From positions 19,530,001 through 19,594,000 of the forward strand of contig OZ193909.1 in NCBI GenBank assembly GCA_964276515.1: DNA of 64,000 nucleotides, read 5' to 3'. The notes below the pieces were generated by a model. The model was not told the origin of the DNA. It did not search any database and was given only the letters and a program-made list of their open reading frames with translations. The position numbers and the translations under genes are program-made. The stretch is from Gordius albopunctatus (Eukaryota). Positions within the stretch are counted from its first letter, which is position 1; every line of letters begins with the position of its first letter. Of the stretch, positions 10,601-22,200 are shown one piece after another.

Positions 10601-13600
10601 AGCGTAAAAGCAGGTGTAATTCGTCCCTAAATGACTACATCTATCTTTGGTGTCGCAATAGCCTCCAGCTACCAGCGCTAAGTGGTATAAATTACATTAA
10701 TCACAATTTTTTTGATCACCATCTGAAAAGTGATTTTTAAGTGACGCTTTATCAAACAGTACCAGTCAGCGGTTTTACCATCGATAACATTTTTAAAACT
10801 AATGACAATAAATGTTATTATTCAACTTAGCGAAAAATTGAAAAATGATGATCTGCTGTTGATTCACATGAATAAAAAATAATTAAAAAATCTGCGTGTC
10901 AACGCCTTGTTAAGGTAGGTAAAAGGTAGAGCCCTGCACAGGTGACCTGAAACCCGACCCAAAAATTTTAAAATGCCTTCGGGTCGGGTTCGGGTTAAAA
11001 ACTTTAAAATGCTTTCGGATCGGGTTCGGGTTGAAAATTTTTAAACTCGGGTCGGGTCGGGTTAAAGGTTATAAATCTTATATTGCATAATAGACATATA
11101 GTTTAAATTTATGCTATTATATATAATATTTTATAATTAATATTGAAACATGTGATCAATTTATCTCATAAATTTATTAATATCTTTTGAGTTATATCTG
11201 AATTTTGGATTTGAGCAATTTAAAAGTCAATCACAAAACTTATTAAACGATTTGTAAACTCTCATTTTTCTTTTTTAAATATTGATGCTCTTTATTGAAC
11301 AAATGATTTAAATGTATAAAAAACATGATTAAAAAATTAGAGTTTTTAAAAAAATGATCAAATTTTATCCTTTCATTTCCGCACAATCGCCACAGCCATT
11401 TTTAGCCTTAAAATCAAAACTGCTAGATAATAAAGACAGTCTCATTTTAATTTAGCCAAAGTTTAAGAATATTTGCATTTTTTATGGTGCCTACTAAAAA
11501 TAAATGACTTGTTAAGTGCGATACTTTGGGTGAAATATAGTAAAAACTTTTTTGAATTAGGATCTACCTTTTTTCTAATGCTTTCACTTCTGGCAAACAT
11601 GTTTTAAGATTTTGTTAAATCTGTTGTTGTTTTTTTGGAAATAACATTTTTTTGCCATTTAAAACCATCAATATCAATTTTACACCAATCACTTTTTTTT
11701 ACTTTCGGGTCAGGTCGGGTCGGGGTTGGCTTAAAACGCTTTCGGGTCGGGTCGGGTTGAAAAAAGTGACTTTGCCAGGCTCTAAGAGAAGGTAATAAAT
11801 TGAAAATGGCTAATATCTTTTATTTTATATGCTTGTTGCTTGATCAGTGGCATGGGCGTAGCCAGGGGGTGGTAGAAAGGGGCGACTGTTTCCTCCTCTA
11901 AATCTAGAAATCCTTTGAAATCTTATAAAAATATGATTAAAATTTAGAAAAATTATCATTTTACTGCTAACCAAATTATTATTGCAGCTCCCCTCTAATT
12001 CCAAACCTGGCTACGCCAATGGTCAGCGCTATGTCCGTCCCTTCCCTAATCCGAACTTGGTTATTTAGTAATTATATTCCTTGTACGTCGTAATATAAAT
12101 ACTATTTAATGCAAACCATCATCTCAACAATTTTGGGATTATTATTTACATTTTTAACATATATATGTAATAAATTATTAGGGATATAAACATGCGTACG
12201 TAATATGCAGTCTCCGATTTCTGGGTCATAGACACCAAAGTCACACACGCATTTGGAATTTTTGCATTTACTTGCCCAGGCTTTGCTGTTGCACTGTAAG
12301 TCATAATCGCAGGGTTCTGCTAGTGATTTTCCTATTGTTAAACACGGTTTGAAGATGAGGCAATTTTCATGGGCGTAGCCAGCATTAGAATTAGGGTGGG
12401 GGGGCAATATAATTATTTGATCCTAAGTTAAAGTTAATAATACCAGTTAACTTTAATCTGTCCGGAATTATTCCTTTTTTAATTAACGATCTAATCAATT
12501 TTATTTTGAGGCAGTAATTATTTTACCAGAAATACCTTGTAGTGGTGGTTGAGCTTGTCTACTCTCGTGATCCAAGAATCTATACCTTTGGTAGCCAAAC
12601 ACAATTTGTGTGTTTGTTACTGGTGGGGTCACCCTATTGGCAAGGTTCTTGGTGAAGAGTCAGACTAAAATTTCTGGGCTTTTTGAGGTAGTACTAGTGA
12701 AATGGAAGTGCTAGATTAAGCCTATCAATACGGGTGGTGTAAAGAATAGTTTAATTCACCAAAATGACGGCATCATAAAGAATAGTAGGTAGTCAAGCGC
12801 CAAAATCTATCATAGTTCCGTCAGGCTTAGAAGGCCGGGATATCAATACTCCCTCATTCCATATAAACCAAAATGTATACTATGAAAGTTCGTAATAGTG
12901 AAAGTAATGAAAGCGCTAGGGCGTGCTCCGTAAACGACGCGCATGGTAGGCGCCCGTATCATGTGATAATCAACGAGTTAAATAAACTAGTTTTCTAAGG
13001 ACGAGATTGAGAGTGGGCTCTCTAAATGTTGGAACGATGACTGCAAAATGCCGAGAGGTTGCTGACATCCTCAGCAAGCGATGGGTCGATATAGCGTGTA
13101 AGTGTATACAGGAAACAAGATGGAAAGGCGCAAAAGCAGGATGATAGGTGAAGGCTATAAACTTTACTTCAATGGCCTAGAAACGAATAAAAATGGCGTG
13201 GCAATCATACTAGCCTCACATCTGCAAGATAAAGTCATTGAGGTACAAAGAAAAAGTGGGCGACTCATGATGTTGAAGCTATGCATAGAAGGTCAAATGA
13301 TTAATGTAGTTTCCGGATATGCTCCGCAAACAGGCTGCACAGATGAAGAAAAGGAGAACTTTGGGGAAGAATTAGACGAAAGGCTGCGAATAATACCCAG
13401 AGCTGAGATAGTTATAATTGGAGCCGATATGAATGGTCACGTAGGCAAAATAAGAGAAGGATTTGAACTGTACCATGGTGGAAATGGATACGGAGCGAGA
13501 AACGATGAAGGCGACGAAAGATTGAAAATAGCCGTAGCATTTGATTTGGCCATCACAAATACCTTCTTCAAAAAGAATGTGAATCACCTAATGACGTACA

Positions 13601-16600
13601 AAAGTGGAAATCGATCTTCGCAGATTGACTTCCTCCTAATATCAAGAAAGGAATTAAATAATGTACGAGATTGTAAGGTGATACCAGGTGAAGCTATTGC
13701 AGCCCAGCATAGACTTGTTGTGATGTACTATACCATCTCCAAGGCTAAAACACAAAATCCGATGAGATTAAATGGAAAAATAAAATGGTTCCGACTACCA
13801 AAATTGAAAGATATTTACAATGACCAAATAGTTGAAAGGCTGCAAATAGATGATCAGCAGAATGCTAACGATATGTGGAATAACATAGCTAACACGGTAC
13901 AATCAGTAGCGAGATGTGTTCTAGGAGAAGGTAAACCAGGTATACAAAAAGATAAGGAGACATGTTGGTGGAACGAAGACGTGCAACGACTGGTCAAGTT
14001 TAAAAGAAAGCTTTACAAATTATGGTCAGGCAACTGAAATGAAGAAACACGATTGGCATATGCGATAGCTAAAAATGACGCAAAACGTTGTGTAGCCAAG
14101 GCTAAAACAGAGGTCTGCAAAAATTTGAATGCCAAGTTAACCAGTAAAGAATGGGAAAGAATGATCTACAAAATCGCAAAGACCAGAGTAAGGAACTCAA
14201 AGGATGTGGTAAAAGTGAAATCTATAAATATCAAGGAAAGCATCAGTCTAACTCTGGACCATCGAATCATAGATCGTTTGGAAGAATACAATAAAGATTT
14301 ATTTAACAGTAAAAATGTGTTTTGGGACCAAAAAGCAAGACCTATGAATATGACCCAGAGTTAGAACAACAGACGAAGAGGTTACTCCGTTGCTTAAAAA
14401 GATGACAATGGGTAGAGCGGTGGGACCTGATAATATACCTATGGAAGCTCTTAAAATGCTAGGACCCTTAGGTGTACATCTACTTGCAAAGCTGTTTAAC
14501 AAAATACTTGGAAGTGGTATGATGCCTGATGAGTGGAGGGAAAGCTATGTTATACCCATCTATAAATTGAAGGGAGATGTACAAGAATGCAACAACTATC
14601 GAGGGGTAAAGTTAACGAGTGACAGAATGAAGATGTGGGAAAAGGTTATAGAAGCTAGACTCCAAAAAATAATATTAATATATGAACGACAATTTGGGTT
14701 CATGCCTGGAAAGTCGACTTCAGATGCAATACATGGTCTTAGGAGATATAGGAATTATATAAGGAAAAACAAAAGGATCTTCTCATATTTGTTTCATCGA
14801 TCTTGAGAAAGCTTTCGATAAAGTGCCAAGGCAGTTGATATGGGATATCCTGAGTTCCAACGGTGTACCTGATGCATATATAATGTTAATAAAGGATATG
14901 TATAAAAACGCAAAAACCAAAGTTCGGACATCTAGTGGTACATCAAAGGGATTTAGTCTAAATGTCGGCGTGCATCAAGGATCGGCCCTAGGTCCATTGC
15001 TCATCATAACAATAATGAATTCGATAACGAAGGACCTGAAACGCGAATCACCTTGGGCAATGCTCTTTGCGGATGATATCTTCCTGTGTGCAGGCTCAAA
15101 CGTGGAATTAGCAGAGCAGGTAAAAGTGTGGATGTACGAATTGAAAGCAAAGGTCTTAGGGCTCAACCGAGATAAAACGGAATATGTATGCTTGGAGTCG
15201 GGGAATGAATACAAATAAACACACCTGCAAATCGATGACTAGTGTTTAAGCAGCAGGAAAGAATTCAAATATCTTGGTTCTAGGGTACAATGTGGTGGAG
15301 GTGTGGAAAACGAAATTAAGACAAGAATAAACGCAGAATGGCTAAAATTATGGAGTTGAGTAGTGTCCTATGTGACAAGCACATACCACTCAAATTGAAA
15401 GGACCGTTATATAACACCGTTATTGTACCCACGGTATTGTATGGAGCGGAAACCTGGGTAATTAGGGTAAAAGAGGAGCAAAGCTTTTCTACAATGAAGA
15501 TGCGAATGTTAAGATGGATCTTGGGAATAAGCAAAAAGGACCATATAATGAATCAAGACATAAGGGATAAACTAAATGTAGTTCCGATTCAGAGAAAGTT
15601 GGTGGTAAGAAGATTGAGATGGCATGGCCATTTGGAAAGACGTGAGGAAAGTCACTTGAAAAATCGTATTAAGAAAGTGCAAGTCGAAGGTAAGCGAAAG
15701 AGAGGGAGACCTAAACTGACATGGAAGCATAAAATAGATATAGACTTGAGAAGGTAGGACTTAAAGCGAACCTGGTGTAATTGCAGGAATACATGGAGAA
15801 CCTACTTGAAGGAGTTGACCACTAAATGTGACAAACAGCTATAGGAAAAAATATACATTCTACACAGATTTTATTTATTTACCACAATTAAGTAGACCTC
15901 ACAAATCAAAAAGAAAGAATGAAATTCAAAGGCTGTTTTACCAAGCCTAACCTGCATAATTTTAGATTATATGCCCAAAAAAAATTTTAAAAAATGGTTA
16001 TTACTCAAGAGACATTGGTTGTTATTGTAGTAAAACTGATTTGTACAAAAGCAGCGCCGAACATACTGGTTACAACTCATTCTGTAACCGCATTCATGGT
16101 CACCATGACAAGAATCATTGTATTTCTTTTCTAAATTACATAAAAACTTAAATATAAATATATATATATTAATTGCTATGCAATATATGGGCTATTTTGG
16201 TTGTCCGTCCGTCCTGTCGGTCCCTCTTGTCCAACTTGTAATTAAATCATTGCTGTGGAAACCTATACGTTTATGGTAAACACCCTCCCTCTCATAGGCA
16301 TTCCCACCCCTTCCATCCCCTGTCTCGCCCCCCCTCCCCCTTCTTCCAAAAATTGGCATAATCGGCATGGCAAATGTGCTACCTTTATACAGATTATGGA
16401 CGAGATTTTTAAGATAAGTACCCAAGAACTAGACGCAAGTCCTAAGGACAAAATAAGGGTTTCAGGCCCAAAGCACCGGCAGGGGTCAGGGACTGAGCCC
16501 CAAGGAAGGCCCGTGCCCCGTCCTTTGGCCCACCCTGCTCCCCCTTTTCCCACCCCTTCCTTTCTTCCACCTTGCTCAGGGGCAAAGCACATAGTTATAT

Positions 16601-18074
16601 ATATATATATCAGCTTTTACATGGATACGGTATATTTTGATCTTAGAATGAATGCATGTTTTATATAAATTCCAATATATTGGCTTCACTTAATCATTAT
16701 GATGTGGCAAAGGGGAAAAAGTGAAAATTAAATTTTAAATTTTCATCAAAATTCTTTTTATTTATAAATGTATTCAGAGATGCGACATGAATGATTGCTA
16801 AATACGATATCAGGTGGGCCTAAATTTTTGGATGATTTTAAAGATCTTTTCTGACACAACCCCCTATTAAATCGTTATTTTAAAATTTATATAAAAATGT
16901 ATATCCCTTTTACTAATGTATTGATGTGTTCAATATACATATAACCATAAGAAAAATAAAAAGTGGTTGTTAGGCTGCTAGCCACACTGCACGGGTAGCC
17001 TGCAACAAACTCCAGTCACTGCATGGTTAAATTGGACTTTGCCAATGACTTTACGGTCAGGATTAATTTGCAGGAAATTATTTAGCCAGTTTCGTATTCA
17101 TCCGTTATAAATTAACAACCTAGACAAATTGACAAAATAAATTTATTAATAAAGGTAATCAGTCAGGCTCAAAAACATTAATGGAATTTGAGCTTAGGCG
17201 AGGTCGAAAAAAGTAAAGCCAATCAGCGGTCAGCTAAATAAAATTCTTTCACAGAAGCATAAGTCCACAGACATTAAAAACCCGTATAAGTTTCCACGGC
17301 AATTATTTAAAGATTACAAGTTGGACAGGACAGGAAGGACAACCAAAAGTAAACCCATAAATTTCATAGCAATTAATATAAATAATTTTTAATAATATCA
17401 AATTAATTCACTCAATATTGCTAGAGGGTATAAATGGGAAAGCAAATATGGGCAACTGCACCCCTCCAAATCCAAAAATTCCTTATGAAAAAAACATTTT
17501 TTGCCCTATTTAAACTGACCCCCTCTAATTTAAATTAGCTCCGCCCATGGGATAACGTGTATAAATTATCTTTAACATTTATAATGCGGGTTGAGCTATT
17601 GATGAATTAATCAACTAGGATGGAAACAAAATTTAACTTTTCTTGTTAATTTAATATACATAAAATAATTACAAATTAGAGCATTATAAAAACACCTTCT
17701 TTTATACTAAATCTAATTAATTTTTTAACGGGCTTTTAACAGGCCTTATTTATAACTAGGCCCGGCCCGAGCCCGTTACGTTATATATCGGCCCGTCCAA
17801 GCCTGGCCCGTTGTTTTGTTTTTAAGCAGAAGCCCGTTCCCGTGCAGGTCTCTATTTCCAACTGCCCTTAATTGAGTCCCCGATGCTCAGTAAATTGCGG
17901 ATAAGGATATTCTATAAAATTACTCACCCGGTAGGCACTTTTGAGTTTTGCGAAAAATGTAATATCCAACCTTGCAGAAACATACTTTACGGCGCTCGTT
18001 GCAATAGCTATGCACGGTTTCATTGGTGCAATCTTCATCTCTTTTACACACGTATCGTAATGGGTGAAGCGACG
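7616..18074 (-). CDS. Multi-exon type I membrane protein ('gene B'): 5 six-Cys EB-like modules, SEA-like juxtamembrane region, TM helix, Tyr-rich tail
   Basis: Phase-compatible GT-AG exons 17928-18074, 16005-16130, 12200-12331, 10549-10677, 9878-10009 (all phase 1-1, C-x5-C...C...CxC...C), then 9280-9383, 9079-9140, 8791-8951, 8330-8473 (TM ILILFGASVSFTVVLLIGVAIAI) and 7616-8118. AATAAA at ~7540. 5' end unresolved; SEA assignment is inferred. Confidence 0.8.
10080..10248. mobile_element. hAT-type MITE, CATGGGCGTAGCC family
   Basis: TIRs GGGCGTAG(G)CAGG / CCTGGCTACGCCCATG. Other full or partial copies at ~12368, 17420-17550, 19094 and 59630-59778. Confidence 0.8.
10927..11784. mobile_element. 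Non-autonomous hAT-like element with CGGGT subterminal repeats
   Basis: TIRs TAGAGCCCTGCA / TGCCAGGCTCTA, arrays of TCGGGTCGGGTT at both ends, AT-rich non-coding core. Confidence 0.75.
11851..12021. mobile_element. hAT-type MITE, CATGGGCGTAGCC family
   Basis: TIRs CATGGGCGTAGCCAGG / CCTGGCTACGCCAATG; degenerate 8-bp TSD ATCAGTGG / GTCAGCGC. Confidence 0.8.
12536..15851 (+). mobile_element. RTE-clade LINE, near full length, decayed (copy 1), in a gene B intron
   Basis: ATG 12882. APE motifs GSLNVGTM, GADMNGHVG, SQIDFLL; RT motifs NYRGVKL, QFGFMPGKST, DLEKAFD, GVHQGSAL, FADD; C-terminal LRWHGH..RGRPKLTW. Multiple stops and frameshifts; short A-tail. Confidence 0.95.
16171..17377. repeat. Two opposed copies of a TAATTGCTATGCAAT...TTGTCCGTCC interspersed repeat (DINE-1/Helentron-derived-like)
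   Basis: + copy from 16171, - copy ~17010-17377. Further copies at ~20910-20970, 56005-56350 and 62038-62075. GTCC microsatellite near the 5' end as in DINE-1/HINEs (family assignment inferred). Confidence 0.55.
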
Positions 18075-19235
18075 CTGGAGGAAATAATAAAGGCACATCT
18101 GCACGTTTGCATGTCATAGTTTTTTTGTATATCGAATTATTAAAAGTTAGAGGTGACGTAGTTAAAACCATCAAGTATCCAATTGCATAGCATAAAAGTA
18201 AAGTTCAACGGTAAAAGTATTTTGAGGACAACTCGCTTGGGCGATAATATTATAGACAAATGAATAAAATATTGAATAAAAAATAACAATAAAAATTAAG
18301 GGCTTCAGTAACTATAAATTTATAATCGTTGACTTAGATAATCCATGTCAACATGACTAAAAAAAATATAACCATATAGTCAAAATATAGATTGCTCAAA
18401 TTAAGCGATAATGGTTTATATGGCTGTTATTATAATACTTAGGAATATATTTATGGAATTTAGCTAGTTTTAATTTGTACAGTTAAATTATTTATTTGAT
18501 TTTCAGGAGCACCCTTTATCGAGATTTTCATCAATATTAATCTTAGTTTCCATAATCTTATTTGGCATGTATATATGATGGCTATATGTATCTCGGCTAT
18601 AAGTGCTAGTAATGATTTTTTAACTGCAGGTCGCCTTTTAAAAAATAATAAACTCGTTTGAGACCGGAGAAACGATCAACTAATGTTTTTACATGCTTAT
18701 TATTAACATTTGTAACATATTTAAGTAAAAAAATACAATATAAATCTATATAGCAACATATTTTTGTATTTTTTTAAATGGGCTTGTATAAAGTTAGCGT
18801 GGGCCTATCATTTTCAATTTATACAAGCCCGGGCCGAACCTGGGTTTGTAAATTTTTGTAACGGGCAGGCGTTGAGTTTGTTGCACGTAATATAGTTAGA
18901 TATGAAAAAAAAATTTATGAAACTTTCTCATTTTTTTAATTAAGCCATACTACCAATATACTAATCAAATCAATCAAACGTGACCAAGATAAATTTATAA
19001 TCAGCAAACATAATGTAGCCGTTATCTGCGATCTCTATATCAGACCATAGATATTTTTTATCAATTCTGGGATTCAGTAATTTAGCTGCGACCAAGGGCG
19101 TAGCCAGCATTCAAATAAGGTAATGGGGGCGAGATCATATTTTCGTTAAATAAATTAGATTCTTCTGAGTACGTCCAAGTCTTAATTTTTTTAATCAGGG
19201 AATACAAGTAGAGTGCAAAGAGGATTATTAATTAC

Positions 19236-22200
19236 CGAATTGACATCTTTCGCCTCTGTAATCGAACAGAGTACCACAACCACACACTTTGTCAGTTTTA
19301 TAGTAGCCGTGTTCAAATACAGACGTCTCTGAACGAGTTGGTACTATCCACTCTTTGGTATAATTTTTATAGCTAAATGAAAGTCAAAATTAATAAAATA
19401 TATATGTTAGCCTATATTTCTCGGATATAAATATAGTTTAAATCGTGTAGACAATAGTCCGAAACGCGATAATAGTTAATTTTAAATTTTTGGAGAAGCA
19501 ATCGCCGGGCAACATTGTCTATTTGTATAGAAAAATATTTCCTGAAAAAAGAATGGTCTATGAACCTTGAATTCAATACGAAAGGCTGAAAAATACCATC
19601 ATAGAGCTTCTTCACTTTTGAGTGCAAGAACACAAGGTAACGTGAGCGACGATTAAGACGCTAACTTTGGATACAAAGAAAACAGCCATTGGAGTTCTAG
19701 GACATACCAAAGCAGGCAAAGCTATGAATAGGGGAATATGGTGGTGGGATCAATTGGTTAAAAATTTCATCGAAAGAAAGAAAAAATCTATATAAGCTGT
19801 GGCATAAATCCCAAATATCGGAGGTTATCAAAAGTATATGAAGGCAAAGAGAGCCACGAAAATGGCCGTTGCCATAGCGTAGAATGCCGCGTACACTCAG
19901 ATGGCAAACAAACAGGATCCTAAGGGGGGCGATAGGTTTATATAAAAATTGACCAAGCAAGAAAAGGGAGAAGAAAAATCGCGATGTCGGAGTTCTTAAA
20001 ATTGTTAAAAACGAGAAGGGTCAAACTTTATTCAAGCCAAAGGAAGTGATGGAAAGTTAGGAAGCAATTTCAAGAACCTTATAAATACTACAATATTACA
20101 AGTAAAAAAAACTTCCTTCATGATATTGAGCCAAACAAACGTATGGTCGAAGTTTTTCACGAAGATTCAGTTAGGACACAAGTAAAAAAGATGCACACAG
20201 GAAATGCTAATGGTCTAGATGGAATATGTATGGAAGCATTGCTTGGATGCCGTGAGAAAAGAGTTATGACCATTACGAACCTCTTTAACAAGATATTGGT
20301 AGAAGAGCCAATCCTAATCAAAGGAGAGCAACCACGATTATACTCTTATTTAAAGGCAAGGAGTGTGGCAATTAAAGAAGTATGAAGCTAACTTGCAACT
20401 CCTTTAAGCATATGCAAAGGATCTCATTAACAGCTGAAAAACGAGGTGGAAATATTGGCTAACTAATTTGGATTTGTGGCCGGCAAATCCTCAATCAACT
20501 CAATCTTAGCATTGTGACAAAAGATGGATAAATGTGGTGAAAATTACGCCTAGGGGAGATATTCGAGATTCGATTTGAATTCGATTCAAAATTTCTAATG
20601 GAATCCGAATACGCATCTATGTGGGTAAATTTTGAATCGAATATTTAATTACTGAGATTCGAAAATCCGATCGAATCTTTAAAAATCAAAAAATCGTTTA
20701 TAATTTAAATATCAATGTTAACCTAATATACCAATTCAAAAACGAAAAAAAAATTCGATTCACATTTTGGCCAATGGTCATTTTTTTTATTGGTTAGTAG
20801 CCAGGACATGGTCAAAAAGTCATATTATCAATGGTATTATTAAGAACAAAATATTAATTTAATTTAAAAAAAGTGTCCTCTCCGGGTATCGAACCAGCAA
20901 GTCAGAACGTTGGAAGGACGGACGGACGGACAACAAAAAGCGAGCCCATAAATTGCATAGCAATTAATAGACATGATTAATTTAAAAGCTGTATTTACCT
21001 TAATTTAGCTTAATAAATTCGATTTATAAATAAAGAGGAGTAATCCCTTAAAAATATCCTTTCCCTAGCTCTATCAATTTTCGATATAAATTCAAAAATA
21101 AGTTATCTCTATCATTAAATTTGACAAATTGCCCCAGACTTAAGGTCGCCCTTCTTTCCTTTAACACTAGGAGTGCTCTTACTACTAGGGGCTTGGACGT
21201 GCCTAAAAGAGTCGCTGGGCTTGGGCAGGCTTCTACTTTTAAAATAAAACAATGGGCCAGCCCTGGACCGGTCGTAATATAACTTATCGGGCTAGGGCTG
21301 GGCCTATATATATGTAAGGTCCACTAAAAGCCCGTTATAAAATTGATTAGATTTTGATTTGTGATTTATAAAGTATAAACAAAGGTTTGATTTTATAATG
21401 TTTCAATTTATAATTATTTGATGTATATTAAATTAACAAGGATTTAGTGAATTCCTCTTTTTTAATTAAAGACCAAATTTATTAAATTATATTTACTCAT
21501 TATATTGCAAGTTATTGACGTTTAAAAAACGCCAAAATCGCCGTTCAATGATGAGAGCAAATATTTTATAAGCTAGACTTATAGAGAAAAAATTAAAAAT
21601 TATTTGTGTTCACCACAAAAAGCTCTACCAAAATCTGCAAAACATTTGCCGGTCGATTTTTCTTGTTGAATTGTGTTATTTATAAAATTAAATAACCTTA
21701 AATGCCGAGATCTTATATGTATACATAACATTGTTGATTTATAATTCAACAAGATAATAACCCGTAATACCAGTAGCTCAAACTAAGAAATAATTACATC
21801 TAATTAATGCCATCTAACAGAAATTAATTATAGACTATGTTCAATTTAGACAATTTTGATGAAGAAGGAAAATCAGTAAAGGTTTTGGCACATTTCACAC
21901 TTAATAAATCATCTAGAAAAGCTACTAGCAATCATTGTAAACGTTTTTTATATAACTAACAAAAACCTGACTAAAAAACAATTCTTCATTGTTTCAGAGA
22001 TATCAATATTTTATTCGTTTCGTCTTTAATATTTTTATATACAATCATTATATTTCTATAAATAAATTTGTTTAAAAAATTTAATGCGGTAGTTAGTAAT
22101 TAAATAAACTTAAAAAATGTTCAAATCAAATTCAAATTTTAAAATTATCGAATTGGAATCCTTATTTTATTATTCGACGAATCTCGTCGCGAATATTTTT

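Noticed and set aside
16192..16668. Overlapping Pro/Gly-rich ORFs
   Set aside because: They arise from a GC-rich interspersed repeat within an intron; no recognisable protein motif.
21490..21830. Possible host exons of gene A
   Set aside because: They contain in-frame stops and lie inside a MITE inserted in an RTE remnant.
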